The notes: generated by a model not told the origin, from the sequence alone. A DNA stretch of 64,000 nt from an uncultured Methanoregulaceae archaeon (GCA_963701095.1 OY969564.1:2400001-2464000); one strand, 5' to 3'. Shown: positions 42,732 through 53,710, counted from the first letter of the stretch. Numbers and translations: made by a program.

Positions 42732-43852
42732 CTTGGAAGATACCCCTTTTTAAGATGTACTGGGATGACGATGATGTGAATGAAGTTACGGCGGTTTTAA
42801 AATCAGGAATGAATTGGGCATCGGGTTCCCAAATCGAATCATTCGAAAAGATGATCGCGGATTATATGGGAACTAAGCACTGCCTTACCTTCAATTCCGG
42901 TACTTCTGCCCTCCATGCCGCCCTTCTGGCCTACGGCATAGGGCCGGGGGACGAGGTCATCGTCCCCTCATTCACCTTTATTGCTACTGCAAATGCCCCG
43001 AAATTTGTCGGCGCAACGCCGGTCTTTGCGGATATCGAAGAGTCCACGTTTGGTCTTGATCCTACTGATGTCGAAACTCGGATTACCAGAAAAACTAAAG
43101 CTATAATTCCGGTTCATTACGGGGGATTCCCCTGTAAAATCAGAGAACTGAAAGAAGTGGCAAATGAACACGGAATCCTTCTTATCGAGGATGCAGCCGA
43201 ATCCTTTGGCGCGAGCGTCGAGGGGAAGAAAACCGGATCTTTCGGTGATTCTGCAATCCTGAGCTTCTGCCAGAACAAAATCATCACTACCGGTGAAGGT
43301 GGTGCAGTTGTCACAGACAACAAGGAACTTTATGAAAAGATGAAACTTTTCCGGTCCCACGGGCGCCCGGATACGGTCGACTATTTTTCAACAACGGATA
43401 TCTTAGATTATATCACACTGGGATACAACGTACGTATCTCAACTATGACAGCGGCTTTGGGAATAGCCCAGTTAAGGAAAATAGACTACCTCATCTCGAA
43501 ACGGCGGGCGGATGCAAAATATTACCGCGAGAGGCTTGAAAAATTGCCGCAGGTTTCAATTCCTCCCGAAAGACCGAAAACCCGCCCGGTATACCAGTTG
43601 TTCTCCATAAGGGCAAAGAAACGGGATCAATTGATCAAATTTCTTGAAAACCGGGGGATCATGACTAAGGTATACTTTCCCCCGGTCCATAAGACTCATT
43701 ATTACAGGAATGTCCTTGGGTATTCGGATTCACTTCCGGTGACGGACTCCATAGCAGGGGAGATTATCAGTCTACCGTTTTACCCGGGTATATCGAAGCC
43801 GGATATGGATTGTGTTGTTTCTGGGATTGATGAATTTTATAGGGTGATCTGA
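42728..43852 (+). CDS. DegT/DnrJ/EryC1/StrS sugar aminotransferase (LegC/PglE-like)
   Basis: NSGTSALH, PSFTFIATAN, EDAAES, SF..NK.ITTGEGG. Confidence 0.93.
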   Translation: MTWKIPLFKMYWDDDDVNEVTAVLKSGMNWASGSQIESFEKMIADYMGTKHCLTFNSGTSALHAALLAYGIGPGDEVIVPSFTFIATANAPKFVGATPVFADIEESTFGLDPTDVETRITRKTKAIIPVHYGGFPCKIRELKEVANEHGILLIEDAAESFGASVEGKKTGSFGDSAILSFCQNKIITTGEGGAVVTDNKELYEKMKLFRSHGRPDTVDYFSTTDILDYITLGYNVRISTMTAALGIAQLRKIDYLISKRRADAKYYRERLEKLPQVSIPPERPKTRPVYQLFSIRAKKRDQLIKFLENRGIMTKVYFPPVHKTHYYRNVLGYSDSLPVTDSIAGEIISLPFYPGISKPDMDCVVSGIDEFYRVI

Positions 43853-44879
43853 TTGGACAATAAATCGTTTTACAAAAACAAGCGTATCCTTGTCACAGGT
43901 GGGGTAGGTTCGATTGGTCGTGAACTCGTCAAGAAAATGCTGAGTTATGATCCATTCATCGTACGGGTGTTCGATAATAACGAGACGGGTCTTTTCGATC
44001 TTGAGAACGAACTGAATTCAAACAAGATCCGACCCCTGCTTGGAGATGTCCGGGACAAGGAACGGCTCCTGATGGCTTTTGATGGCATCGATATCGTGTT
44101 TCATGCGGCAGCCTTAAAGCACGTGCCGTTATGTGAGTCCAATCCGTTCGATGCCGTCAAGACAAATGTCCTCGGTACACAAAATGTGCTGGAAGCCGCC
44201 CTTTCAAGGGAAGTCGGGAAAGTAATCAATATCAGGTACTGATAAAGCAGTAAGCCCTACTAACGTTATGGGAGCAACAAAACTCCTTGCTGAAAGATTA
44301 ACTATATCAGCAAATTATTACCGGGGAACAAAAAGAACAGTATTTTCAAGTGTACGGTTTGGGAATGTGTTGAATTCAAGGGGGTCGGTAATTCCTCTTT
44401 TCAAAAATCAGATTCAGAAGGGGGGCCCGGTTACAGTTACTGATAAAAAAATGACCCGTTTTTTTATGGATATTCCATCAGCCGTGGAATTGATTATAAA
44501 TGCAGGACGGATCAGCCATGGCAGAGAAATTTTTATCTTAAAAATGTCGGCAATGAATATTATCGATCTTGCTAATGCTATGATTGACGAATATGGGCCA
44601 CTTTACGGTTTTCGTCCTGATGAGATCAAGATAAAAATTATCGGTAAACGAGGGGGAGAAAAATTTTTCGAGGAATTAATGACAAAGGAAGAAGCCGTAT
44701 ATGCCTATGAAAATGATGAGATGTTTATAATCTTGCCACAGAAACTCACCCATGATGAACCGTTTGCGGCAAAAATACCTCATTCTTTCAAAAAATCCAA
44801 TGTTGAGGAATTCTCATCAAGAAAATCATATTTATTAAACGGTGACGAGATCCGTACATTGATACGAAAAATACAATAA
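43853..44879 (+). CDS. NDP-GlcNAc 4,6-dehydratase (CapD/PglF-like); frameshift near 44235
   Basis: TGGVGSIG, HAAALKHVP, (I)STDKA after frame repair, MGATK, RFGNV..SRGSV, MTRF, GEK. Confidence 0.9.
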
Positions 44880-45001
44880 AACCTTTCAGTGTTTTCCGAT
44901 CTCTTGCGCGGCCTGAATCACTCGACAAATTGATATCCCATTGTTCCAACGTCCAATCACACATAAGAATACCAGTAAGCATTTCGATGGAGACAAAGTT
45001 C

Positions 45002-46294
45002 ATGTCGTATAATTTCAAAACACGTTTAACTCCCTACGTTAGTCTATTGCGTGGAGTTTTTCAAAAAGAGACATGGCAGCACCTGCAACCTTGTGATGTT
45101 CTTCTGGTACGAAATGATAACGATTGTGGATACACATTTCATGGACAAGCGTACGCTCAGATTATTGATTCATTCGGCGATCTATGTGAAAACCGAGGTC
45201 TTGTCGTAAGATCTGTTGCCACACCTCATTCTAAGTTGATCGGTAAACAGGCATATCGCTCTCCTGTGTCTTATGACCGATCTTTTTGTATTATAACTAT
45301 TATGGGAGGAATTGTCAAAATATTCAGAATATTAGGCATCGGAAGAAATTGGTCCAACCAACATCAGATAAATCTGTGGCACCGTATCCTAGAAAAGGCA
45401 ACACCGAAATACATCATCGGGATACAGCCAGACAAATATCTCTGCAAAGCAGGGAGAATAAAACAAATCCCCGTTTTCGATCTCCAGCACGGGGTTATAT
45501 CTGAAGGAGATTATTATTACGGGGGAATGTACCGGAAAGAGACCCCTGTCGAGAATCTCCCGGCGGGATTTCTTTGCTGGGACGAGATAAGTATGGCCAT
45601 AATTTCAAAATGGGCACACAAAAAGGAGATACGTGTAATAAAAACGGGAAATCCTTGGTTCTTACGTTATTTAGAGAGGAAACCGGATGATCTCTTGGTA
45701 AAAGAAGTTATGGCAGAGGCGGTAATTCCTGATATACTCCGTCCCCGGATAGTAGTCTCATTACAGTGGGGAATGGCAAAAAATTATCCAGAGGATATAT
45801 TCTCATGTTTAATTGGCGAGGCTCTGGAACAAGCGATTCTGGACACTTTAGGTATATATGATTGGATTCTCAGGCTTCATCCTGTTCAGCTAAGGGATGA
45901 TCGTGAGAGAGAAATGATACTTTCATACCTAAATGCGACTTTTGGTACCACGAAGACAAGGGATTGGATCCGGATAAGTGAATTCCCCCTGCCGGTAGTC
46001 CTTTCTCATGCAGATCTCCATATCACGTATTCAAGTTCCACTGTAACAGAAGCTGCATGGATGGGTATCCGGAGCGGTTTATTAGGTAAGCATTTGAACG
46101 CTGGCGGGAAGTATGAGGATCTATTTACTTACGAACGAAGTATCGGCATGGCTGAAGTGATCCCGCAGGATGCTGATTTTATAAAAAAGTGGATTGCGGA
46201 TACTCTTGCCAAAGGACGTGGGGAACCAACAATGGAAGGTTCAGAAAAGAATCTGAATGCGTTCATAGATGAGATTGTCGGGATGAAATCATGA
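45002..46294 (+). CDS. Hypothetical protein, candidate nonulosonate transferase (GT-B-like)
   Basis: QHG, TGNP, RLHP and SSTVTEA motifs; lies inside the neu operon. Confidence 0.55.
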   Translation: MSYNFKTRLTPYVSLLRGVFQKETWQHLQPCDVLLVRNDNDCGYTFHGQAYAQIIDSFGDLCENRGLVVRSVATPHSKLIGKQAYRSPVSYDRSFCIITIMGGIVKIFRILGIGRNWSNQHQINLWHRILEKATPKYIIGIQPDKYLCKAGRIKQIPVFDLQHGVISEGDYYYGGMYRKETPVENLPAGFLCWDEISMAIISKWAHKKEIRVIKTGNPWFLRYLERKPDDLLVKEVMAEAVIPDILRPRIVVSLQWGMAKNYPEDIFSCLIGEALEQAILDTLGIYDWILRLHPVQLRDDREREMILSYLNATFGTTKTRDWIRISEFPLPVVLSHADLHITYSSSTVTEAAWMGIRSGLLGKHLNAGGKYEDLFTYERSIGMAEVIPQDADFIKKWIADTLAKGRGEPTMEGSEKNLNAFIDEIVGMKS

Positions 46295-46923
46295 ATGAAA
46301 TCGCTCCAATAATTATTATCGATTATGGTATGGGAAACCTTGGTTCAATGGCGAACATGCTAAAAAAAATCCGTGTTCCCGCAAAAATATCATCTGACCC
46401 TGAAATCATAGAATCAGCAGAAAAGCTAATCCTGCCCGGCGTCGGTTCATTCGATCATGGAATGCAAAAACTGCATGAACTCAACTTAACGGAAATTCTC
46501 AACAAAAAAGTTGTCCAGGATAAAACCCCTATCCTGGGCATTTGTCTCGGTATGCAGTTATTCACAAAAAAAAGTGAGGAAGGTGTCAGGCAGGGGCTTG
46601 GCTGGATAGATGCAAACACCGTCAAATTTAGTGTAGATAAAAACTCGTCCCTCAAAATACCCCATATGGGGTGGAATACGCTGAATATCAAGAAATCGCA
46701 TTTCCTTATGAAAGATACCGATAGTAACGCTATGTATTATTTTGTTCATTCTTTTCATGTAGTCTGCAATAAAGACGAAGATGTTCTGTCAACCACACAC
46801 TATGGATATGATTTTGTATCTTCCCTTGCAAACAATAACATCATCGGAGTTCAATTCCATCCGGAAAAAAGTCATAAATATGGTATGAAGTTATTAGAGA
46901 ACTTTTGTCGCAGCGCACAATAG
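46291..46923 (+). CDS. hisH: HisH-like glutamine amidotransferase (second paralogue)
   Basis: DYGMGN, PGVGSF, GICLGMQ, PHMGWN, YFVHS, QFHPEKS. Confidence 0.9.
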   Translation: MNEIAPIIIIDYGMGNLGSMANMLKKIRVPAKISSDPEIIESAEKLILPGVGSFDHGMQKLHELNLTEILNKKVVQDKTPILGICLGMQLFTKKSEEGVRQGLGWIDANTVKFSVDKNSSLKIPHMGWNTLNIKKSHFLMKDTDSNAMYYFVHSFHVVCNKDEDVLSTTHYGYDFVSSLANNNIIGVQFHPEKSHKYGMKLLENFCRSAQ

Positions 46924-46942
46924 TCCTTCATGAGGTCTTTAT

Positions 46943-47707
46943 TTGATCCGTACTCGGGTAATCCCCTGCTTGTTGTTGAAAGGGAATGGATTAGTAAAGA
47001 CCACCCATTTTTCCGATCCAAACTATATTGGAGATCCTATTAATGCAGTAAAGATTTTCAATGATAAAGAAGTCCATGAATTGGTATTCCTCGATATTAC
47101 GGCATCTGCAGAAAAGAGATCACCCCGGCTGGATTTTATCTCTGGCATCGCAAGCGAGTGTTTCATGCCGCTTGGATATGGTGGAGGGATAAGAACCGTA
47201 AAACAGGCAGAGGATATTTTTAATCGCGGTGTTGAGAAAATAATTATTAATTCATTTGCAATTGAACATCCAGATTTTATCACTGAGCTTGCTGATATGT
47301 TCGGAAGCCAGAGTATTGTTGTTTCTATCGATGCAAAAAAGAATTTTTTTGGTAATTACCAGACCTTTACCCTGGGTGGCAAAACAAAAACCCGCTGGGA
47401 TCCTGTCACATGGTCACAAAAAGCGGAAGAGCTGGGCGCGGGAGAAATTTTTTTGAATTCTATCGATGGTGATGGTACCATGAAAGGGTATGATATACCT
47501 CTCATAAAATCTGTATCTGATGCGGTATCAATCCCTGTGGTTGCATGCGGAGGAGCCAGGACCGTGAAAGATTTTGGCAGAGCCGTTCATGAAGGTGGAG
47601 CTTCCGCTGTCGCCGCAGGAAGTATGTTTGTATACTACGGAAAACACCGGGCAGTTTTAATTAATTTCCCTGATGATGATGAGTTAAAATCAGGTGGGTT
47701 AGAGTAA
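46943..47707 (+). CDS. hisF: AglZ/HisF2-type acetamidino modification protein
   Basis: RVIPCLL, YIGDPINAVKIFN.KEV.EL, ECFMPL.YGGG, AAGS.FVY.GK.RAVLI. Confidence 0.9.
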   Translation: MIRTRVIPCLLLKGNGLVKTTHFSDPNYIGDPINAVKIFNDKEVHELVFLDITASAEKRSPRLDFISGIASECFMPLGYGGGIRTVKQAEDIFNRGVEKIIINSFAIEHPDFITELADMFGSQSIVVSIDAKKNFFGNYQTFTLGGKTKTRWDPVTWSQKAEELGAGEIFLNSIDGDGTMKGYDIPLIKSVSDAVSIPVVACGGARTVKDFGRAVHEGGASAVAAGSMFVYYGKHRAVLINFPDDDELKSGGLE

Positions 47708-47722
47708 ATAAAGGGATAAAAA

Positions 47723-48841
47723 ATGGCCGAAAAATATCAGATATGTAATCGTTGTGTGATGGATACTTCAGATCCTGAAATACAGTTTGATGAAAATGGG
47801 GTGTGCAATCATTGTCATCAGTATGATGAATCCGTGAAGAGATTTGTTTTTGATGGTGAAAAAGGAAAAGAAAAGTTAAATGCGATTGTTAACGAAATCA
47901 AAAAATCCGGCGTGGGAAAAGAGTATGATTGTATAATCGGCGTCAGTGGCGGCGTTGATAGTTCATATGTAGCCTATAAGGTGAAAGAATTGGGTCTGCA
48001 CCCTTTGGCCGTGCATCTTGATAATGGCTGGGATTCTGAACTTGCCGTAAAAAATATTGAATTGTTTTTAAAGAAACTTGATATCGATCTCGATACACAT
48101 GTGATCGACTGGGAAGAGTTTAAGGATCTTCAATTGTCGTTCCTGTATTCGTCGACCCCCGATTCTGAAATCCCCAGTGATCATGCGATCAATGCAATTT
48201 TACACGATATTGCACATAAAAGAAAGATAAAATATATTATTTATGGATGCAACGTCAGAACCGAATCCCATCTCCCCCGATCATGGTCCCAGGGTCACCT
48301 GGATTGGAAATATATCACAAGCATTCACAAGAAATACGGCCATCTTCCCCTCACAACGTTCCCCCATATGGATTTTTTCACGCTTAATCGCTACCTGATT
48401 GCCCATAAAACAATAAACATTCTGAACTATCTTGACTACTCCAAGAAAAACGCGATGAAAATTCTTGAAAACGAACTGGGATGGAAATATTACGGGGGTA
48501 AACATTATGAATCGATTTACACCCGGTTCTATCAGGGGTATATTCTGCCAAGAAAATTCGGATACGACAAAAGAAGAATGCATTTATCCAGCTTAATCTG
48601 TTCAGGAGAAATCGCCCGGTCCGAAGCGATTGACGAATTAAAAAATGAACCTTATCCAGAGGAACTTCAAAACGATGACAAGGAATATGTCATAAAAAAA
48701 CTGGGAATTACCGAAACAGAATTTGATCGCATTATGCATCTCCCGAAAAGGAAATTTGAAGATTTCCCCTCGTATGGAAATTCTAAAATATACCGTGGAC
48801 TCAGTATAATTTTCCGTATTCTGGATAAAGCTTTTAACTAG
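47723..48841 (+). CDS. N-acetyl sugar amidotransferase (WbpG/AglX-like)
   Basis: CNRCVMDTSDP, CNHC, SGGVDSS, DNGW.SE, YGGKHYES, DKRR.HLS. Confidence 0.9.
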   Translation: MAEKYQICNRCVMDTSDPEIQFDENGVCNHCHQYDESVKRFVFDGEKGKEKLNAIVNEIKKSGVGKEYDCIIGVSGGVDSSYVAYKVKELGLHPLAVHLDNGWDSELAVKNIELFLKKLDIDLDTHVIDWEEFKDLQLSFLYSSTPDSEIPSDHAINAILHDIAHKRKIKYIIYGCNVRTESHLPRSWSQGHLDWKYITSIHKKYGHLPLTTFPHMDFFTLNRYLIAHKTINILNYLDYSKKNAMKILENELGWKYYGGKHYESIYTRFYQGYILPRKFGYDKRRMHLSSLICSGEIARSEAIDELKNEPYPEELQNDDKEYVIKKLGITETEFDRIMHLPKRKFEDFPSYGNSKIYRGLSIIFRILDKAFN

Positions 48842-48933
48842 ACAAAAGATGTATCTGCGCCGTATTGCAATTTAATAATCACGATAGAATTGAACGTAAA
48901 ACAACGAAATAAAATTATCAGTGTTCCAATATT

Positions 48934-50082
48934 TTACGATTGAATTATCTCATAAAATTTTTCTGCACTTGTTGATATATTATTGGCAACAGGGTATCCT
49001 GAATCAAGGACTGTATCCGGATACTGCAGCATAATTTTTTTTAACATCTGGATACAAGCTTCAACATTTGATGCCTGGTAAGTGAAAATATACTTCCCAA
49101 AATAATCTTTAATTGCTGTAATGTCATCATTTTTGTTAACCGGAATAAGCGCTAAACCTCCTGAAAAAATGCCTTCCCAAACGGTCCGGCCAAGAGGCAG
49201 ATAATCTTCGCAACGGATTACTACATCTGTTATTGCAAAATATTTTCTGGTATCTGTATGTTCACCAAGATATTTCACATTTTTAAATTCTTGTAAAAAC
49301 TTAACGCCGTTATCTCCCGAAGTACCTGCTGTTTTTCCAATAACGAGAAAAACGAGATTCCCTATACCAACAGAAGATTTCACGATATCAATAAAAAAAT
49401 CAAGGCCTTTTTCTTTTCCGACCGTTCCGAACAGCGACACAATAAAAGCATCAGGAGGGATACCCAGTTCTGCTTTGATGGATTTTTTTTGTGCCCGTAA
49501 TGTTCGTGATTGTGTCATATCAAATGGATTAATAATTACTATGGATTTTCCGCTTGAAGAAAAAGATAAGTCGGATATTGGATCGATTGATATAATTTTT
49601 GTTGCATACCGTATTATAACAAAAATTGCAATTCTTGCCCCGATTGAACCATCAGGAACTTCACGGATATGGATTACCCGGTTCATGGATTTGGGTAAAA
49701 CCAGGAGCAGGGGCCATAATACCATCGAATTTAAATGAATTGTAGTAACTCCTTCCCGGCGAAGAATTGTATTGTACCGAAAAAAGAAAATAATGGTGAG
49801 AAAAAATTGTTTGAATGGCGAATATAATTTCAGGAAAAGATTTATTGGTGCCCCTTTGTAGATGGGGCTGAAGGGTAATATGCATTCATAACTTTTTATC
49901 GAATTCTTCAAATTAAAATACAAGTCGTTTTTTTCATTGGATTGTCCTTTTACTTTATCATGAATAATGATGCAGTCTTCCGGTTTTAATTTCCCTGCAT
50001 CAAGCAAATATTGAATGGTTGTGGAAGAACTCAGTGAACCGCCACCGACACCAATTGCGTGAGCAATAAATGCAATCTTCAA
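48934..50082 (-). CDS. Glycosyltransferase (GT-B, GT4-like, divergent)
   Basis: GGGS, HLNS, HIRE, EKG, LGRTVWE. Confidence 0.7.
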   Translation of the reverse strand: MKIAFIAHAIGVGGGSLSSSTTIQYLLDAGKLKPEDCIIIHDKVKGQSNEKNDLYFNLKNSIKSYECILPFSPIYKGAPINLFLKLYSPFKQFFLTIIFFFRYNTILRREGVTTIHLNSMVLWPLLLVLPKSMNRVIHIREVPDGSIGARIAIFVIIRYATKIISIDPISDLSFSSSGKSIVIINPFDMTQSRTLRAQKKSIKAELGIPPDAFIVSLFGTVGKEKGLDFFIDIVKSSVGIGNLVFLVIGKTAGTSGDNGVKFLQEFKNVKYLGEHTDTRKYFAITDVVIRCEDYLPLGRTVWEGIFSGGLALIPVNKNDDITAIKDYFGKYIFTYQASNVEACIQMLKKIMLQYPDTVLDSGYPVANNISTSAEKFYEIIQS

Positions 50083-50133
50083 TTCATCACCATTTTTTAC
50101 ATAGAACTTTATGTGGAGGACGTAATCTATTTA

Positions 50134-51825
50134 TCATTTTTCAATTAAAAAGTCACCAATCGCAAGGCAATCTAAACCTGTATCATAAAAACATTTTATT
50201 GCGTCGCTCGGGTTGCAGACTATCGGTTCTCCTCTGACATTGAATGAAGAATTTAATATTACCGGGACTCCGGTTATATCTCCAAAAAATTTTATTAAAT
50301 CGTAATATTTGGGATTAGCTTCTCTTCTCAAAACCTGCGGCCTCACTGTTCCATCAACGTGAACGACCGCGGGAATTTCATGCGCAGCTGAGGGTTTTAC
50401 ATCAAACGAAGTTATCATGAATTCCTCATTCCTCGCACCTTCCAGAAAATCGTCTCTTGATTCAATTATCATTGATGGGCAAAAAGGCCTGAAACCTTCC
50501 CGGAATTTTACCCGTGCGTTAATGATATCTTTATTTTTTGCAGACATGGGGCTCATTATTATTGACCTGCTGCCAAGAGCCCGGGGCCCGGATTCCATCC
50601 TGCCCTGGAACCAGCCCACAATCTTGCCGTCAGCGAGATAGCTGGCGCATGTTTTTGAAATATTTTCGTCATATCTGAATTTCAGGTTGCGATTAACAAG
50701 AATGTTCTCTATTTCTTTATTTGAAAATTCGGGCCCCCAATAGAGATCGGAAATTTTTTGATGCTGAGTGTGATTTTGCAGTTGATGATAGAGGTATAAT
50801 GCAGCGCCAAGTGAAAGACCTCCGTCCCCTGGATTTGGAAAGATATGATGGTTTTTTACTTTACCTGAATACCAGATACGCTGGTTCAACTTGACATTGA
50901 GGAACACTCCTCCTGCACAACAGAGGTTCCGGGTATTTTCTTTTTCAAGCCAGGGAAAAATAATATTCATTACCTGTTCTTCAAGCACTCTTTGAGCTTC
51001 AGCGGCGATATCTTCAGGACCAAATTTTTCGACCAGTTTTTTTATTTCATATGCTTCGTCAAAATGCCACTGGATCGAACCATTTTCATTATAAACGAAT
51101 GCCTGACCAAAATCATGGTGTTTAATCAGCTCACCATCTTTGAAGTGCGGATAGAATGGATCGAGGAGCCCTTTCACATTTTCGTAATTCCCATAGGGAG
51201 CAAGGCCCATTGTTTTACCTTCTCCATCCCCGTGCCACCATCCTAAAGATTCAGTCACGTTGCTATAAAACAAACCAATCGACGCAATATAGGGAAATTT
51301 TTTCAGGGGGATGATTTCGCCGTTTTCTCCACGATATATACATATTGAATATCCGTCCCCTCCACCGTCAATCGTAACAATTAATTGTTTTTCTGAAGAC
51401 CCGGTGGTAAAATACGCCGAGGCTGCATGTGCAGTATGATGCTCAATTTTTGAGAATTGGGTTTTTTCACTTAATTTAAATCTTTTAATATACAGTGGCG
51501 GTTTAATCGACGGAAGTATTTGCATTTTTTCGAGATTATACTTTGCTATTTTTTTGATTTTATTCATAAATGTCCCGGAAGACGGCATATTTTCAAATAA
51601 AAATTTTAAGGTATTACTCGGTTCTAACGAGGGAAGAGCGATATAATCGATATCCTCCATTTTGATTTTTCCGGCCTGCAGACAATATTCTATGGAACGG
51701 ATTGGAAGGCCGGCATAATGTTTAATGCGCACAAAGCGTTCTTCAGAGACATCGGCAATAATTTTCCCATCTATGAGAAGTGAAGCGCCGCTATCGTGGC
51801 CTATGTGAATTCCTAAAATCTTCAT
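50134..51825 (-). CDS. Carbamoyltransferase (NodU/CmcH family)
   Basis: HD, EERF.RIKH, EHHTAHA, DGGGD, GKTMGLAPYG, GGVFLNVK, GPRALG.RS, KFREGFRPF, HVDGT.R. Confidence 0.93.
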   Translation of the reverse strand: MKILGIHIGHDSGASLLIDGKIIADVSEERFVRIKHYAGLPIRSIEYCLQAGKIKMEDIDYIALPSLEPSNTLKFLFENMPSSGTFMNKIKKIAKYNLEKMQILPSIKPPLYIKRFKLSEKTQFSKIEHHTAHAASAYFTTGSSEKQLIVTIDGGGDGYSICIYRGENGEIIPLKKFPYIASIGLFYSNVTESLGWWHGDGEGKTMGLAPYGNYENVKGLLDPFYPHFKDGELIKHHDFGQAFVYNENGSIQWHFDEAYEIKKLVEKFGPEDIAAEAQRVLEEQVMNIIFPWLEKENTRNLCCAGGVFLNVKLNQRIWYSGKVKNHHIFPNPGDGGLSLGAALYLYHQLQNHTQHQKISDLYWGPEFSNKEIENILVNRNLKFRYDENISKTCASYLADGKIVGWFQGRMESGPRALGSRSIIMSPMSAKNKDIINARVKFREGFRPFCPSMIIESRDDFLEGARNEEFMITSFDVKPSAAHEIPAVVHVDGTVRPQVLRREANPKYYDLIKFFGDITGVPVILNSSFNVRGEPIVCNPSDAIKCFYDTGLDCLAIGDFLIEK

Positions 51826-52059
51826 GAGTTTACCCTTACTATTATGAGGGAGGGAACTTATGTAAAAGTTATGACCGGCAATCAATTCTGCTTCTATACG
51901 GGCACTTTTCCGAAATCAAATAAAAATTTGACCTGAATTCTGAATTGATTCGTTCAATTCGTAATTTTACTTTCCTAAAAGAGTGGTAATAAAGAAATTT
52001 GCGAGTGGCTTCCATGAAATGCCCGGGAAAATAAAAATCGATTGACAGGTATTCTTATC

Positions 52060-52977
52060 TTAATGTTCAGGTTGAATATGAGTCTTATACCCGAACTTAT
52101 TGGTGATATATTGAGTAAAAAGAACGGTTATATTTTTTACGCAGTCCACCGGATTCATCCGGAATGCTTTACCTAAATACCGCATTCCCTCGCGTCTTTT
52201 ACCCAGATGAATATAATCAAGTCCCCCTTTAACATAGACATAATTATAGACCTCATATTTTTCAGCCGCCAAATCCTTAGGGAGATGGGGATCTGCAAAG
52301 ACTTTTTTCAGGATGCTCTCATAATCATTCACATACCTGTGCATCAATGCAACACTTTTTGCATCATGGTAGATCTTTGCCGTTGCCAGAGTGTGCGGTA
52401 TGTACTTGATTTTGAAGAGAAGCCCGGCACGGATCCAGTAATCCAGATCCATGGCAAGATGAAGGTTCTCGTCGATCCCGCCAATTTTTTCATAGAGCGA
52501 TCTACGAAGAAAAACAGCCGGTTGAAGAATATTATTCCTGCAGTAGATCAAATCTCGCAAACTAAATTCACCCGCATGCAACGCCCGGAGAAACGTACCT
52601 TTCTCATCGGTTAGTATCCCATCCCCATAGACCATACCGACGTCAGGATGTTTGTTGAAGTACTCCACGGCAATCCTGACAGCATCTTTTGTATAGGTAT
52701 CATCTGCATTCAGGTAGGCGATGATGTCTCCATGTGCCATTTTCCAGCCCTTGTTGATTGCATCTGATTGTCCCTGGTCGGGTTCAGAGATCCAGAAAAT
52801 CTGCCCGTCGTATCTTTTCAGGATCGCCAGTGTTTCATCTGTAGAGCCCCCGTCAATAATGATATGTTCGATATTTTTGTAGGTCTGATTACGAATGCTC
52901 AGAATAGTTTCTTCTATATAGGATCCCTTATTGAATGACGGTGTTATGATTGAAACAAGAGGGGTTTTACCATTCAT
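52060..52977 (-). CDS. GT2 glycosyltransferase
   Basis: SIITPSFN, DGGSTD, DQGQSDAINKG, LNADD, MDLD.W. Confidence 0.92.
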   Translation of the reverse strand: MNGKTPLVSIITPSFNKGSYIEETILSIRNQTYKNIEHIIIDGGSTDETLAILKRYDGQIFWISEPDQGQSDAINKGWKMAHGDIIAYLNADDTYTKDAVRIAVEYFNKHPDVGMVYGDGILTDEKGTFLRALHAGEFSLRDLIYCRNNILQPAVFLRRSLYEKIGGIDENLHLAMDLDYWIRAGLLFKIKYIPHTLATAKIYHDAKSVALMHRYVNDYESILKKVFADPHLPKDLAAEKYEVYNYVYVKGGLDYIHLGKRREGMRYLGKAFRMNPVDCVKNITVLFTQYITNKFGYKTHIQPEH

Positions 52978-53095
52978 TTTTCCTAATCCCGAAAATCTAT
53001 AAAATATTTGGGGGGTACTGCCTTAACAATCATTCCCCATAAAAACGGATATGTATTATTTAAAGTTGCTAACCTCTGAATAAATGATATAAGAT

Positions 53096-53710
53096 TCAGA
53101 TGAATGGTGTTGCTTTTCCAAGATTATAATTCAAATTCTTTTCCCGCTCTCCTATTTTTTTTGCAGGCACTCCGGCGACAATTGAATAGGGTTCAACATT
53201 TTTTGTAACGACCGCACCTGCACACACTACAGAACCGTAGCCGATTCTTACGCCAGGTAAAATTACCGTCCTGCACGATATCCATGAATAATCTTCAATT
53301 ACAACTTTTTCGGTCACAGAACAAAAATTACGGTCATTTACGCTGTGTTCCATAGTCCAAATCCATACTCCGGAACTCATATTTACGTTATTTCCAATTT
53401 CAAGTCCGCCCCTCCCGTCAAGGATGGCATTATGGCCAATTATAGTGTTTTCGCCGATGCATATCAGGTGGGGAGATCGAATTTCAGCTTTACCATAGAT
53501 ATAACTGTTTTTTTTAATTTTCAAACCAAAAATCCGATAAATAAAACAACGGATGATGTGGGAAGGTATATGACCAGTTATCAGGAGAATTAAAAATTTA
53601 AGTCCTGAAAGATATCGATATAGGCAAATCGCCAATTTTTTTATTATCTGATGGTTCTCAAAATAACGTGCTCTCTCCATAAAACAGGTTATGTTCATTG
53701 TATTTAACAA
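53096..53710 (-). CDS. Hexapeptide-repeat O-acyltransferase (start uncertain)
   Basis: LDGRGG, beta-helix repeats, AGVPAK.I. Confidence 0.85.
   Translation of the reverse strand: MLNTMNITCFMERARYFENHQIIKKLAICLYRYLSGLKFLILLITGHIPSHIIRCFIYRIFGLKIKKNSYIYGKAEIRSPHLICIGENTIIGHNAILDGRGGLEIGNNVNMSSGVWIWTMEHSVNDRNFCSVTEKVVIEDYSWISCRTVILPGVRIGYGSVVCAGAVVTKNVEPYSIVAGVPAKKIGEREKNLNYNLGKATPFI

Noticed and set aside
44240..44267. Stop-codon readthrough (Sec/Pyl) joining split ORFs
   Set aside because: The downstream halves are in different frames, so these are indels and not in-frame TGA/TAG recoding
36850..47707. hisH/hisF copies as histidine biosynthesis genes
   Set aside because: Each pair is linked to an N-acetyl sugar amidotransferase inside a glycan locus and no other his biosynthesis genes are present; they are amidination paralogues
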